Below the pieces are notes generated by a model, which saw nothing but the letters and a program-made list of their open reading frames with translations, searched no databases and had not been told where the DNA came from. A stretch of DNA of 64,000 nt from Escherichia coli (GTDB taxonomy: Bacteria > Pseudomonadota > Gammaproteobacteria > Enterobacterales > Enterobacteriaceae), in the NCBI RefSeq assembly GCF_003019035.1, contig NZ_CP027447.1. One strand, written 5' to 3'. Every line of letters starts with the position of its first letter. The first letter of the stretch is position 1. This document shows positions 13,201 to 24,383 of this stretch, piece after piece. A program made the translations under genes and the position numbers.

Positions 13201-13942
13201 TAAACAAGCCATTGCAGCGGCATTTGGTCGGGCAGCCGCGCACTATGAGCAACATGCGGATCTACAGCGCCAGAGTGCTGACGTCTTACTGGCAATGCTC
13301 CCACAGCGTAAATACACCCACGTACTGGATGCGGGTTGTGGACCTGGCTGGATGAGCCGTCATTGGCGGGAACGTCACGCGCAGGTGACGGCGTTAGATC
13401 TCTCGCCGCCAATGCTTATTCAGGCACGCCAGAAGGATGCAGCAGACCATTATCTGGCGGGAGATATCGAATCCCTGCCGTTAGCGACTGCGACGTTCGA
13501 TCTTGCATGGAGCAATCTCGCGGTGCAGTGGTGCGGTAATTTATCCACGGCACTTCGCGAGCTGTATCGCGTGGTGCGCCCCGGAGGCGTGGTCGCGTTT
13601 ACCACGCTGGTGCAGGGATCGCTCCCTGAATTACATCAGGCGTGGCAGGCGGTGGACGAGCGCCCGCATGCTAATCGCTTTTTACCGCCAGATGAAATCG
13701 AACAGTCGCTGAACGGCCTGCATTATCAACATCATATTCAGCCCATCACGCTGTGGTTTGATGATGCGCTCAGTGCCATGCGTTCGCTGAAAGGCATCGG
13801 TGCCACGCATCTTCATGAAGGGCGCGACCCGCGGATATTAACGCGTTCGCAGTTGCAGCGATTGCAACTGGCCTGGCCACAAAAACAGGGGCGATATCCT
13901 CTGACGTATCATCTTTTTTTGGGAGTGATTGCTCGTGAGTAA
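13187..13942 (+). CDS. bioC: Malonyl-ACP O-methyltransferase
   Basis: Track ORF 13148..13942 trimmed to ATG at 13187 ([14 protein letters not shown]...), giving 251 aa; SAM-methyltransferase motif VLDAGCGPG. Confidence 0.9.
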   Translation: MTTVNKQAIAAAFGRAAAHYEQHADLQRQSADVLLAMLPQRKYTHVLDAGCGPGWMSRHWRERHAQVTALDLSPPMLIQARQKDAADHYLAGDIESLPLATATFDLAWSNLAVQWCGNLSTALRELYRVVRPGGVVAFTTLVQGSLPELHQAWQAVDERPHANRFLPPDEIEQSLNGLHYQHHIQPITLWFDDALSAMRSLKGIGATHLHEGRDPRILTRSQLQRLQLAWPQKQGRYPLTYHLFLGVIARE

Positions 13943-14612
13943 ACGTTATTTTGTCACCGGAACGGATACCGAAGTGGGGAAAACCGTCGCCAGTTGTGCA
14001 CTTTTACAAGCCGCAAAGGCAGCAGGCTACCGGACGGCAGGTTACAAACCGGTGGCCTCTGGCAGCGAAAAGACCCCGAAAGGCTTACGTAATAGTGACG
14101 CGCTGGCGTTACAGCGCAACAGTAGCCTGCAGCTGGATTACGCAACGGTAAATCCTTACACCTTCGCAGAACCCACCTCGCCGCACATCATCAGCGCACA
14201 AGAGGGCAGGCCGATAGAATCATTGGTAATGAGCGCCGGATTACGCGCGCTTGAACAACAGGCTGACTGGGTGTTAGTGGAAGGTGCTGGCGGCTGGTTT
14301 ACGCCGCTTTCTGACACTTTCACTTTTGCGGATTGGGTAACACAGGAACAACTGCCGGTGATACTGGTAGTTGGTGTGAAACTCGGCTGTATTAATCACG
14401 CGATGTTGACTGCACAGGCTGTGCAGCAAGCCGGACTCACTCTGGTGGGTTGGGTAGCGAACGATGTCACTCCACCGGGCAAGCGTCACGCTGAATATAT
14501 GACCACGCTCACCCGCATGATTCCCGCGCCGTTGCTGGGCGAAATTCCCTGGCTTGCAGAAAATCCAGAAAATGCGGCAACCGGAAAGTACATAAACCTT
14601 GCCTTGTTGTAG
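13935..14612 (+). CDS. bioD: Dethiobiotin synthetase
   Basis: GTG start at 13935 gives (M)[16 protein letters not shown]..., 225 aa; P-loop GTDTEVGKT. Confidence 0.9.
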   Translation: MSKRYFVTGTDTEVGKTVASCALLQAAKAAGYRTAGYKPVASGSEKTPKGLRNSDALALQRNSSLQLDYATVNPYTFAEPTSPHIISAQEGRPIESLVMSAGLRALEQQADWVLVEGAGGWFTPLSDTFTFADWVTQEQLPVILVVGVKLGCINHAMLTAQAVQQAGLTLVGWVANDVTPPGKRHAEYMTTLTRMIPAPLLGEIPWLAENPENAATGKYINLALL

Positions 14613-14771
14613 CCATCCTGTATTTGGTTAAATTGCGAGCGAGATCGCGTCTTCGGTTGACTGCAATTTAACCAATTAAATTCTAAAATAATCACGAAAA
14701 AAATTTTACTTCCGCATCATGCGGTGGATGTGGGAATTGCCCAGGCGGCGGGGGATAGGGGCTGCAGACAG

Positions 14772-14794
14772 TTATCCACTATTCCTGTGGATAA
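14772..14794. promoter_or_regulatory. Inverted pair of DnaA-box-like 9-mers in the uvrB upstream region
   Basis: ttatccact and tgtggataa (reverse complement of TTATCCACA) a few bp apart. Confidence 0.45.
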
Positions 14795-15098
14795 CCATGT
14801 GTATTAGAGTTAGAAAACACGAGGCAAGCGAGAGAATACGCGGCTTGCACGCGAATTGGCGTTAAAGACGGCTCAAAGAAATATCTTTTATTTTTTAACT
14901 GGTTAGATAATTGCAATGGCAGTCACTGAAGAGGCATCTCTTGCCATAAAACTGTCATCACTCATCTTGACAAATGTTAAAAAAGCCGTTGCTTTGGGGA
15001 TAACCCGGTAAGGCCGGAGTTTTATCTCGCCACAGAGTAAATTTTGCTCATGATTGACAGCTGAGTTTACGCTGTAACAGAAATATTATGGTGAGAAA

Positions 15099-15114
15099 CT
15101 GTTTTTTTATCCAG
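15099..15114 (+). promoter_or_regulatory. LexA (SOS) box of the uvrB promoter
   Basis: ctgtttttttatccag (CTGT-N8-CCAG) immediately 5' of a tataat -10 hexamer, about 75 bp upstream of uvrB. Confidence 0.75.
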
Positions 15115-15190
15115 TATAATTTGTTGGCATAATTAAGTACGACGAGTAAAATTACATACCTGCCCGCCCAACTCCTTCAGGTAGCGACTC

Positions 15191-17212
15191 ATGAGTAAAC
15201 CGTTCAAACTGAATTCCGCTTTTAAACCTTCTGGCGATCAGCCAGAGGCGATTCGACGTCTCGAAGAGGGGCTGGAAGATGGCCTGGCGCACCAGACGTT
15301 ACTTGGCGTGACTGGCTCCGGGAAAACCTTCACCATTGCCAATGTCATTGCTGACCTTCAGCGCCCTACCATGGTACTTGCGCCCAACAAAACGCTGGCG
15401 GCCCAGTTGTATGGCGAAATGAAAGAATTCTTCCCGGAAAACGCGGTGGAGTATTTCGTCTCCTACTACGACTATTATCAGCCGGAAGCCTATGTACCGA
15501 GTTCCGACACCTTCATTGAGAAAGATGCCTCGGTAAACGAACATATCGAGCAGATGCGTTTGTCCGCCACCAAAGCGATGCTGGAGCGGCGTGATGTGGT
15601 TGTGGTGGCATCGGTTTCCGCGATTTATGGTCTGGGCGATCCTGATTTATATCTCAAGATGATGCTCCATCTTACGGTCGGTATGATTATCGATCAGCGC
15701 GCGATCCTGCGTCGACTGGCGGAGCTGCAATACGCTCGTAATGATCAAGCCTTCCAGCGCGGTACTTTCCGCGTTCGTGGGGAGGTGATTGACATCTTCC
15801 CGGCAGAATCGGATGACATTGCACTTCGCGTGGAACTGTTTGACGAGGAAGTGGAACGATTGTCGTTATTTGATCCGCTCACCGGGCAGATTGTTTCCAC
15901 TATTCCACGTTTTACCATCTACCCGAAAACGCACTACGTCACACCGCGCGAGCGCATTGTGCAGGCGATGGAAGAAATTAAAGAAGAACTGGCTGCCAGA
16001 CGCAAGGTGCTGTTGGAAAACAACAAACTGCTGGAAGAGCAGCGGCTGACCCAGCGTACCCAGTTTGATCTGGAGATGATGAACGAGCTGGGCTACTGTT
16101 CGGGGATTGAAAACTACTCGCGCTTCCTCTCCGGTCGTGGACCGGGTGAGCCACCGCCGACGCTGTTTGATTACCTGCCTGCCGATGGGCTGCTGGTGGT
16201 CGATGAATCTCACGTTACCATTCCGCAAATTGGCGGCATGTATCGCGGTGACCGGGCGCGTAAAGAGACGCTGGTGGAGTACGGCTTCCGCCTGCCATCA
16301 GCGCTGGATAACCGTCCGCTGAAATTTGAAGAGTTCGAAGCATTAGCGCCGCAAACCATCTATGTTTCGGCGACGCCGGGTAATTACGAGCTGGAAAAAT
16401 CCGGCGGCGATGTGGTGGATCAGGTGGTGCGTCCAACAGGCTTACTTGACCCGATTATTGAAGTGCGTCCGGTAGCGACACAGGTCGATGATCTTCTATC
16501 GGAGATTCGTCAGCGAGCGGCAATTAACGAACGCGTACTGGTTACAACTCTGACCAAGCGGATGGCGGAAGATCTCACTGAATATCTCGAAGAACACGGT
16601 GAGCGCGTGCGTTATCTTCACTCAGATATCGACACCGTCGAACGTATGGAGATTATCCGCGACTTGCGTCTGGGTGAGTTCGACGTATTGGTAGGGATCA
16701 ACTTACTGCGCGAAGGTCTGGATATGCCGGAAGTGTCGCTGGTGGCGATCCTCGACGCTGACAAAGAAGGCTTCCTGCGTTCCGAACGTTCGTTGATCCA
16801 GACCATTGGTCGTGCGGCACGTAACGTTAACGGTAAAGCGATTCTCTACGGCGATAAGATCACCCCATCAATGGCGAAAGCGATTGGCGAAACCGAACGT
16901 CGCCGCGAGAAACAGCAGAAGTACAACGAGGAACACGGCATTACGCCGCAAGGCTTGAACAAGAAAGTGGTCGATATCCTGGCGCTGGGGCAGAACATTG
17001 CCAAAACCAAAGCGAAGGGCAGAGGAAAATCGCGCCCGATTGTTGAGCCAGATAATGTGCCGATGGATATGTCGCCTAAAGCGTTGCAGCAGAAGATCCA
17101 TGAACTGGAAGGGTTGATGATGCAACACGCGCAGAATCTGGAGTTCGAAGAAGCGGCGCAAATTCGTGACCAGTTGCATCAGCTGCGTGAGCTGTTTATT
17201 GCCGCGTCGTGA
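15191..17212 (+). CDS. uvrB: Excinuclease ABC subunit B
   Basis: 673-aa ORF with Walker A GVTGSGKT and helicase motifs. Confidence 0.97.
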
Positions 17213-17216
17213 CAAG

Positions 17217-17245
17217 ATGACGAAGCCGGAATATTCTTCCGGCTT
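17217..17245. terminator. Hairpin between convergent uvrB and ybhK
   Basis: gacgaagccggaa...ttccggcttcgt perfect stem right after the uvrB stop. Confidence 0.55.
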
Positions 17246-17249
17246 CGTG

Positions 17250-18218
<969 letters not shown>

Positions 18219-18424
18219 TTAACCTGCCAATATTGAGGATACAAACTATTTTCTTCTACCTCTAAAGGACGATGTACGCTATGCCTTCCTGATGATGTAT
18301 ATCAAAGTAAAACCGCCATTTTCCCTTATTCTGTAGCGAAATAGCACGATCATGACGCTATATACATGATTACATAGCGAAAGTGTGGATGGTAAAAATC
18401 TCATTTACACGCTAGTATCGGCTT

Positions 18425-18552
18425 AACCACTAAACACTCTAGCCTCTGCACCTGGGTCAACTGATACGGTGCTTTGGCCGTGACAATGCTCGTAAAGATT
18501 GCCACCAGGGCGAAGGAAGAAATGACTTCGCCTCCCGTATCTGGAAAGGTGT
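18425..18552 (+). promoter_or_regulatory. moaA 5' leader, expected site of the molybdenum-cofactor (Moco) riboswitch
   Basis: About 130 nt of GC-rich leader between a tagtat -10-like element and the moaA RBS; the E. coli moaA leader is known to hold the Moco RNA motif. Structure not verified by folding. Confidence 0.5.
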
Positions 18553-18554
18553 AC

Positions 18555-19544
18555 ATGGCTTCACAACTGACTGATGCATTTGCGCGTAAGTTTTACTACT
18601 TGCGCCTGTCGATTACCGATGTGTGTAACTTTCGTTGCACCTACTGCCTGCCGGATGGCTACAAACCGAGCGGCGTCACCAATAAAGGCTTTCTTACCGT
18701 CGATGAAATTCGCCGGGTTACGCGCGCCTTCGCCAGTCTTGGCACCGAAAAAGTCCGTCTGACGGGCGGTGAGCCATCTTTACGCCGCGACTTTACCGAT
18801 ATCATCGCCGCTGTGCGGGAAAACGACGCTATCCGCCAGATTGCGGTCACCACCAATGGTTACCGTCTGGAACGCGATGTGGCGAACTGGCGCGATGCTG
18901 GACTTACTGGCATCAACGTCAGCGTTGATAGTCTGGACGCCCGCCAGTTTCATGCCATTACCGGGCAGGATAAATTCAACCAGGTCATGGCAGGAATCGA
19001 TGCTGCATTTGAGGCCGGTTTTGAGAAGGTCAAAGTCAATACCGTGCTGATGCGTGATGTTAATCATCATCAGCTCGACACCTTTCTGAACTGGATCCAG
19101 CATCGCCCTATCCAGCTGCGTTTCATCGAATTGATGGAAACGGGCGAGGGCAGCGAGCTCTTCCGTAAGCATCACATCTCTGGTCAGGTTCTGCGTGACG
19201 AGCTACTGCGTCGCGGCTGGATCCACCAATTACGTCAACGCAGCGACGGTCCCGCGCAAGTCTTTTGTCATCCGGATTACGCCGGAGAGATTGGCCTTAT
19301 CATGCCGTATGAAAAAGACTTCTGCGCCACTTGCAACCGCCTGCGCGTTTCCTCCATTGGTAAACTCCATCTCTGCCTGTTTGGTGAAGGCGGCGTTAAC
19401 CTGCGCGATCTGCTGGAAGACGATACCCAGCAACAGGCGCTGGAAGCGCGTATTTCAGCGGCGCTGCGGGAGAAAAAACAGACCCATTTCCTGCATCAAA
19501 ACAACACCGGTATTACGCAAAACTTATCGTACATTGGTGGCTAA
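18555..19544 (+). CDS. moaA: GTP 3',8-cyclase (radical SAM)
   Basis: Track ORF 18474..19544 trimmed to ATG at 18555 ([31 protein letters not shown]), giving 329 aa. Confidence 0.95.
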
Positions 19545-19565
19545 AACGTCAAAAGGAGAGATCAG

Positions 19566-20078
19566 ATGAGTCAGGTAAGCACTGAATTTATCCCGACCCG
19601 TATTGCTATTCTTACGGTTTCTAATCGTCGCGGTGAAGAAGACGATACCTCCGGTCACTATCTGCGCGACTCGGCGCAAGAAGCGGGCCATCACGTTGTC
19701 GATAAAGCCATTGTGAAAGAAAACCGCTACGCTATTCGCGCTCAGGTATCTGCGTGGATCGCCAGCGACGATGTACAAGTGGTGTTGATTACGGGTGGTA
19801 CTGGCCTGACGGAAGGAGATCAGGCTCCCGAAGCGCTGCTGCCGTTGTTCGACCGTGAAGTTGAAGGTTTTGGTGAAGTGTTCCGGATGTTGTCGTTCGA
19901 AGAGATTGGCACTTCCACGTTGCAATCTCGTGCGGTAGCGGGCGTCGCTAACAAAACGCTGATTTTCGCCATGCCGGGTTCGACCAAAGCGTGCCGTACC
20001 GCATGGGAAAATATCATTGCGCCGCAGCTGGATGCCCGTACGCGTCCGTGTAATTTCCATCCACATTTGAAGAAATAA
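19566..20078 (+). CDS. moaB: Molybdenum cofactor biosynthesis protein B
   Basis: 170-aa ORF; MogA/MoaB fold with GGTG motif. Confidence 0.95.
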
Positions 20079-20080
20079 GT

Positions 20081-20566
20081 ATGTCGCAACTGACCCATAT
20101 CAACGCCGCTGGCGAAGCGCACATGGTGGATGTCTCCGCCAAAGCGGAAACCGTGCGTGAAGCGCGCGCCGAAGCCTTTGTCACCATGCGCAGCGAGACG
20201 CTGGCGATGATTATTGATGGTCGCCACCACAAAGGCGACGTATTTGCCACTGCGCGTATTGCCGGTATTCAGGCGGCAAAACGCACCTGGGATCTGATCC
20301 CGCTGTGTCACCCGCTGATGCTCAGCAAAGTTGAAGTCAATTTACAGGCCGAGCCGGAGCACAATCGGGTACGTATAGAAACCTTATGCCGCCTGACCGG
20401 GAAAACCGGTGTCGAAATGGAAGCGTTAACCGCGGCCTCCGTGGCGGCGCTGACCATTTATGACATGTGCAAAGCGGTGCAAAAAGATATGGTAATTGGT
20501 CCGGTACGTTTGCTGGCGAAGAGCGGCGGCAAGTCAGGTGACTTTAAGGTGGAAGCGGATGATTAA
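20081..20566 (+). CDS. moaC: Cyclic pyranopterin monophosphate synthase
   Basis: 161-aa ORF; matches MoaC. Confidence 0.95.
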
Positions 20567-20804
20567 AGTTCTTTTTTTCGCCCAGGTGCGCGAGTTGGTA
20601 GGAACAGATGCAACCGAAGTAGCTGCGGATTTCCCAACCGTTGAAGCGTTACGCCAACATCTGGCTGCGCAGAGCGATCGCTGGGCGCTGGCGCTGGAAG
20701 ATGGCAAATTGCTGGCTGCTGTCAACCAGACGCTGGTGAGTTTTGACCATCCGCTGACTGACGGCGACGAAGTGGCTTTCTTCCCGCCGGTAACCGGAGG
20801 TTAA
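20559..20804 (+). CDS. moaD: Molybdopterin synthase sulfur-carrier subunit
   Basis: Track ORF 20496..20804 trimmed to ATG at 20559 ([13 protein letters not shown]...), 81 aa ending in the GG C-terminus; start overlaps the moaC stop. Confidence 0.93.
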
Positions 20805-20805
20805 G

Positions 20806-21258
20806 ATGGCAGAAACCAAAATTGTTATCGGCCCGCAGCCGTTCAGCGTAGGAGAAGAGTATCCGTGGCTGGCGGAGCGTGATGAAGACGGTGCGGTAGT
20901 CACCTTTACCGGTAAGGTGCGCAACCATAACCTTGGCGACAGCGTCAAAGCATTAACCCTCGAACACTATCCGGGGATGACTGAAAAAGCACTGGCAGAA
21001 ATTGTCGATGAAGCGCGTAACCGCTGGCCGCTGGGGCGCGTCACGGTGATTCACCGCATCGGGGAATTATGGCCGGGCGATGAAATCGTTTTTGTCGGTG
21101 TCACCAGTGCGCATCGCAGCAGTGCGTTTGAAGCCGGGCAGTTTATTATGGATTATCTCAAAACCCGCGCACCGTTCTGGAAGCGTGAAGCCACGCCGGA
21201 AGGCGACCGCTGGGTCGAAGCTCGGGAGAGCGATCAGCAGGCGGCAAAACGCTGGTAG
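20806..21258 (+). CDS. moaE: Molybdopterin synthase catalytic subunit
   Basis: 150-aa ORF beginning 2 nt after the moaD stop. Confidence 0.95.
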   Translation: MAETKIVIGPQPFSVGEEYPWLAERDEDGAVVTFTGKVRNHNLGDSVKALTLEHYPGMTEKALAEIVDEARNRWPLGRVTVIHRIGELWPGDEIVFVGVTSAHRSSAFEAGQFIMDYLKTRAPFWKREATPEGDRWVEARESDQQAAKRW

Positions 21259-21268
21259 TTTTTTGTTA

Positions 21269-21295
21269 GCCGGATAAGGCACCGCTGCGTCCGGC
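21269..21295. repeat. REP-like palindromic unit downstream of moaE
   Basis: gccggataaggc...gcgtccggc resembles the REP consensus; degenerate. Confidence 0.4.
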
Positions 21296-21394
21296 AATTT
21301 CACCGCTCAGTATATGCGTTTACGCTGCGTCGATGCACAGCCTCATCATTTTGCAGTATCCTTAAGATATTCCTTATATCTTCAGGAGATCGTC

Positions 21395-22099
21395 ATGGAC
21401 AGATTCCCACGTTCTGATTCAATCGTACAAACCCGAACTGGCCTGCAAACCTATATGGCACAGGTCTATGGCTGGATGACCGTTGGCTTGCTGCTTACTG
21501 CGTTTGTTGCCTGGTATGCGGCTAATTCCGCGGCCGTTATGGAGCTATTATTCACCAACCGCATCTTTTTAATTGGTCTGGTAATAGCACAATTAGCTCT
21601 GGTTATTGTGTTATCAGCGATGATTCAAAAGCTGAGCGCAGGTGTAACGACGATGCTCTTTATGCTTTATTCGGCGCTGACGGGTCTTACGCTTTCCAGT
21701 ATTTTCATTGTCTATACCGCTGCTTCTATCGCCAGTACTTTCGTCGTTACTGCCGGGATGTTCGGCGCAATGAGCCTGTACGGTTACACCACGAAGCGCG
21801 ATCTAAGTGGTTTCGGCAATATGCTGTTTATGGCGTTGATCGGCATTGTGCTGGCATCGCTGGTCAACTTCTGGCTGAAAAGCGAAGCGTTGATGTGGGC
21901 AGTCACATACATCGGCGTGATTGTCTTTGTCGGATTGACGGCGTATGACACCCAGAAACTGAAAAATATGGGTGAGCAGATTGATACCCGCGACACGTCG
22001 AACCTGCGCAAATATTCCATTCTTGGCGCGTTGACCTTGTATCTGGACTTCATCAACCTGTTCCTGATGTTGCTGCGGATCTTCGGCAACCGCCGTTAA
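21395..22099 (+). CDS. ybhL: BI-1/TMBIM-family inner membrane protein YbhL
   Basis: Track ORF 21314..22099 trimmed to ATG at 21395 (MDRFPRSDS...) behind an AGGAG RBS, giving 234 aa; seven predicted TM helices. Confidence 0.9.
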   Translation: MDRFPRSDSIVQTRTGLQTYMAQVYGWMTVGLLLTAFVAWYAANSAAVMELLFTNRIFLIGLVIAQLALVIVLSAMIQKLSAGVTTMLFMLYSALTGLTLSSIFIVYTAASIASTFVVTAGMFGAMSLYGYTTKRDLSGFGNMLFMALIGIVLASLVNFWLKSEALMWAVTYIGVIVFVGLTAYDTQKLKNMGEQIDTRDTSNLRKYSILGALTLYLDFINLFLMLLRIFGNRR

Positions 22100-22243
22100 T
22101 TCTTTTTTCACCATCAATATCCCGGCCTGGTGCCGGGATTTTTTCGGATTATATAAAGGCTGTTTCGCTCATTTACATGAGAACTGAATTGCCGCAAATG
22201 CCAGACTATGTCCACTGCATAATTTCAGGGACAGATAACGCAT

Positions 22244-22948
22244 TTGAACAGACGATCCTCTGCTACTCAATTACAGCAAAAAAGCGCTTTGCTCAGAAAA
22301 ATGTTGCCCCTCATTTGGTGGTTAACAGCTGCTGGAGTATGGGCTACGGCAGGCACAGCCTGGATACTGCAGCACATGCATTGGGTTGCTTCACTAGAGT
22401 CTCCAGGCGCGTTTGTCTTCGCTTTGTCTGCGCTGATAATAATTGGTTTCTGGTTAAACAATGCGCTGAAAAGGCTCAAGGCATTAGGCGCATGTCTGGT
22501 CTATCTGCTATTAATCTTGCTTATTGGCTTTCTCTTCACCAGCCTTTTTACCTTTTCGAGCATAGCGACGGTAATGGGAATTACGGGAGGGATGTTTGCC
22601 ACAATGGCGCTGATTTTCTGTTGTATTAATAGGGCTATCCCGCCAGTCAGACAGTTATGTTTATATATCTTCTGTGGTTTGAGTATTGCTTTTGTTGTTA
22701 ACCTGATTCTCACCAGCAGTTTTTCCGTGTGGTTAGCGAGTATTTTGACTGTCGTTATCTGGGGCGTTACGGCTGCCTGTGAAGCAACAACACTGGAAGA
22801 TTTGATTCGTGTTGCCGACTTTTCTGACATTACGGGTTTTCTTCGCTGTACCGTTCCTGGAGCAATAACTCTCTATTTCAGTATTCTAACTGTGCTTTTT
22901 AGGATTGCTGTAACGCTTCTTGATTTTATTAATGGGTTAGTGTGGTAG
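22244..22948 (+). CDS. ybhM: BI-1-like inner membrane protein, YbhM-like paralog 1
   Basis: Track ORF; the listed first codon is TTG, so the true start is uncertain (next ATG is at about 22301). C-terminus GAITLY...DFIN resembles YbhL. Symbol assigned by position. Confidence 0.7.
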   Translation: MNRRSSATQLQQKSALLRKMLPLIWWLTAAGVWATAGTAWILQHMHWVASLESPGAFVFALSALIIIGFWLNNALKRLKALGACLVYLLLILLIGFLFTSLFTFSSIATVMGITGGMFATMALIFCCINRAIPPVRQLCLYIFCGLSIAFVVNLILTSSFSVWLASILTVVIWGVTAACEATTLEDLIRVADFSDITGFLRCTVPGAITLYFSILTVLFRIAVTLLDFINGLVW

Positions 22949-23016
22949 TGCATATTGATGAATTTTTTGCGCTAATGGAAATAGATGTCGATATTTGACT
23001 TAAGGATAGAACAATA

Positions 23017-23730
23017 ATGAAGTCGCGGTCGTTAAATAACATAACTAATAAGTTCCAGCACGAAGCCAGAATATTAAACGCCATATGGCTCATTACCGCT
23101 TTGGGGGTGACAGCAACCGCAGGCCTGGCATGGATAGCTAAGTATCTCGATATCACGGCAACAAAATATGATTCACCGCAAATGTATGTCGCCATAGGAT
23201 TATTATTACTTTGTATGTATGGTTTAAGTAAGGATATCAACAAGATAAATGCCGCCATCGCAGGCCTAATATATCTGTTTTTACTCTCTTTGGTGGCGAT
23301 TGTCGTTGCAAGTTTAGTTCCTGTGCCTGCCATTATCGTCGTGTTCAGCACTGCGGGATCGATGTTTTTAATCAGTATGCTGGCAGGTCTATTGTTTAAA
23401 TTTGATCCTGGTTCTCACCGTTTTATCATTATGATGACGTTGACAGGGTTGGCCCTGGTAATCATCGTGAATGCCACATTAATGAGTGAACGACCCATTT
23501 GGGTAATAAGTTGCTTAATGATTGTCTTATGGTCAGGCATTATCTCGCATGGACGAAATAAGCTCCTTGAACTGACAGGAAAAAGCCATAGTGAAGAATT
23601 ATGGAGTCCGGTTCGTTGCGCTGTTACAGGTGCATTAACACTCTATTACTATTTTATCGGCTTCTTTGGGATTCTTGCAGCAATAGCGATGACGCTTGTC
23701 TGGCAAAGGCATACGCGGTTTCATATTTAA
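23017..23730 (+). CDS. BI-1-like inner membrane protein, YbhM-like paralog 2
   Basis: 237-aa ORF with ATG start behind an AAGGA RBS; shares blocks with the upstream paralog (IWLITALGVTATAG vs IWWLTAAGVWATAG; RCAVTGALTLY vs RCTVPGAITLY). Its length equals annotated K-12 YbhM, so either paralog could be the orthologue. Confidence 0.7.
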   Translation: MKSRSLNNITNKFQHEARILNAIWLITALGVTATAGLAWIAKYLDITATKYDSPQMYVAIGLLLLCMYGLSKDINKINAAIAGLIYLFLLSLVAIVVASLVPVPAIIVVFSTAGSMFLISMLAGLLFKFDPGSHRFIIMMTLTGLALVIIVNATLMSERPIWVISCLMIVLWSGIISHGRNKLLELTGKSHSEELWSPVRCAVTGALTLYYYFIGFFGILAAIAMTLVWQRHTRFHI

Positions 23731-23788
23731 CGCACTTTCGACTTACGTTTAGAAATGTAGTATCTGAAATACAATAGTGGAGAATATC

Positions 23789-24145
23789 ATGCAGTTAGTT
23801 TGTACCATCGATAATAAATATATGGATAAATTTATGGCTATACTGCTTTCAGGAGTGTTACTTTCCTTGAAAGAAGGCACGATAACTATAGATGAATCTG
23901 AACTACTAGTTTTCAGACCTTTTATTTCCAGGCTTTTACACAAAAATGATTGTGATAAAGAGCTAATAGAGATAATTGATCTTGGTTGTGATCTTGAAAG
24001 TATTGAATCATTAGTTCCTGAGTATCTTGATGATGCTATAAAAAACTTAATAATCAAAACAAGTGATTTTACATATGCAATAAAAGATAGTTATCCTTTG
24101 AGTAATAAAATGGAACATGCAGTATCTTTTATGTTTAGAGATTAA
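23789..24145 (+). CDS. Hypothetical small acidic protein (about 118 aa)
   Basis: Track ORF 23777..24145 (GTG) trimmed to ATG at 23789 behind GGAG; very AT-rich; no recognisable motif. Confidence 0.45.
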   Translation: MQLVCTIDNKYMDKFMAILLSGVLLSLKEGTITIDESELLVFRPFISRLLHKNDCDKELIEIIDLGCDLESIESLVPEYLDDAIKNLIIKTSDFTYAIKDSYPLSNKMEHAVSFMFRD

Positions 24146-24158
24146 AAAGGTTTATAAA

Positions 24159-24380
24159 ATGTTCAAAGATAAAACTCTGGCAGCAGATATCAGCGCATTA
24201 ATGCTCAATATTGGTTCTCAATTAGATGCGTCAGTATTATATGTTCAGAAAGCTTGCGATGAATCTGAGCTTAATATTTATCGTTCCGCCGTCGGGGAAA
24301 TTATGGGGCGCATGTTAATCGATATCATGAACCCCATCTATAAACAGCATCCCGAACTTAAACCAAAAGAACTTAACTAA
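24159..24380 (+). CDS. Hypothetical small protein (about 73 aa)
   Basis: Track ORF 24117..24380 trimmed to ATG at 24159 (MFKDKTLAAD...) behind AAAGG, 14 nt after the preceding stop; AT-rich; ends 4 nt from the ybhN stop. Confidence 0.4.
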   Translation: MFKDKTLAADISALMLNIGSQLDASVLYVQKACDESELNIYRSAVGEIMGRMLIDIMNPIYKQHPELKPKELN

Positions 24381-24383
24381 ACT

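Noticed and set aside
22177-22629. 150-aa plus-strand ORF overlapping the ybhM start in another frame
   Set aside because: It overlaps the conserved membrane-protein frame, which has paralog support; Cys/His-rich shadow composition.
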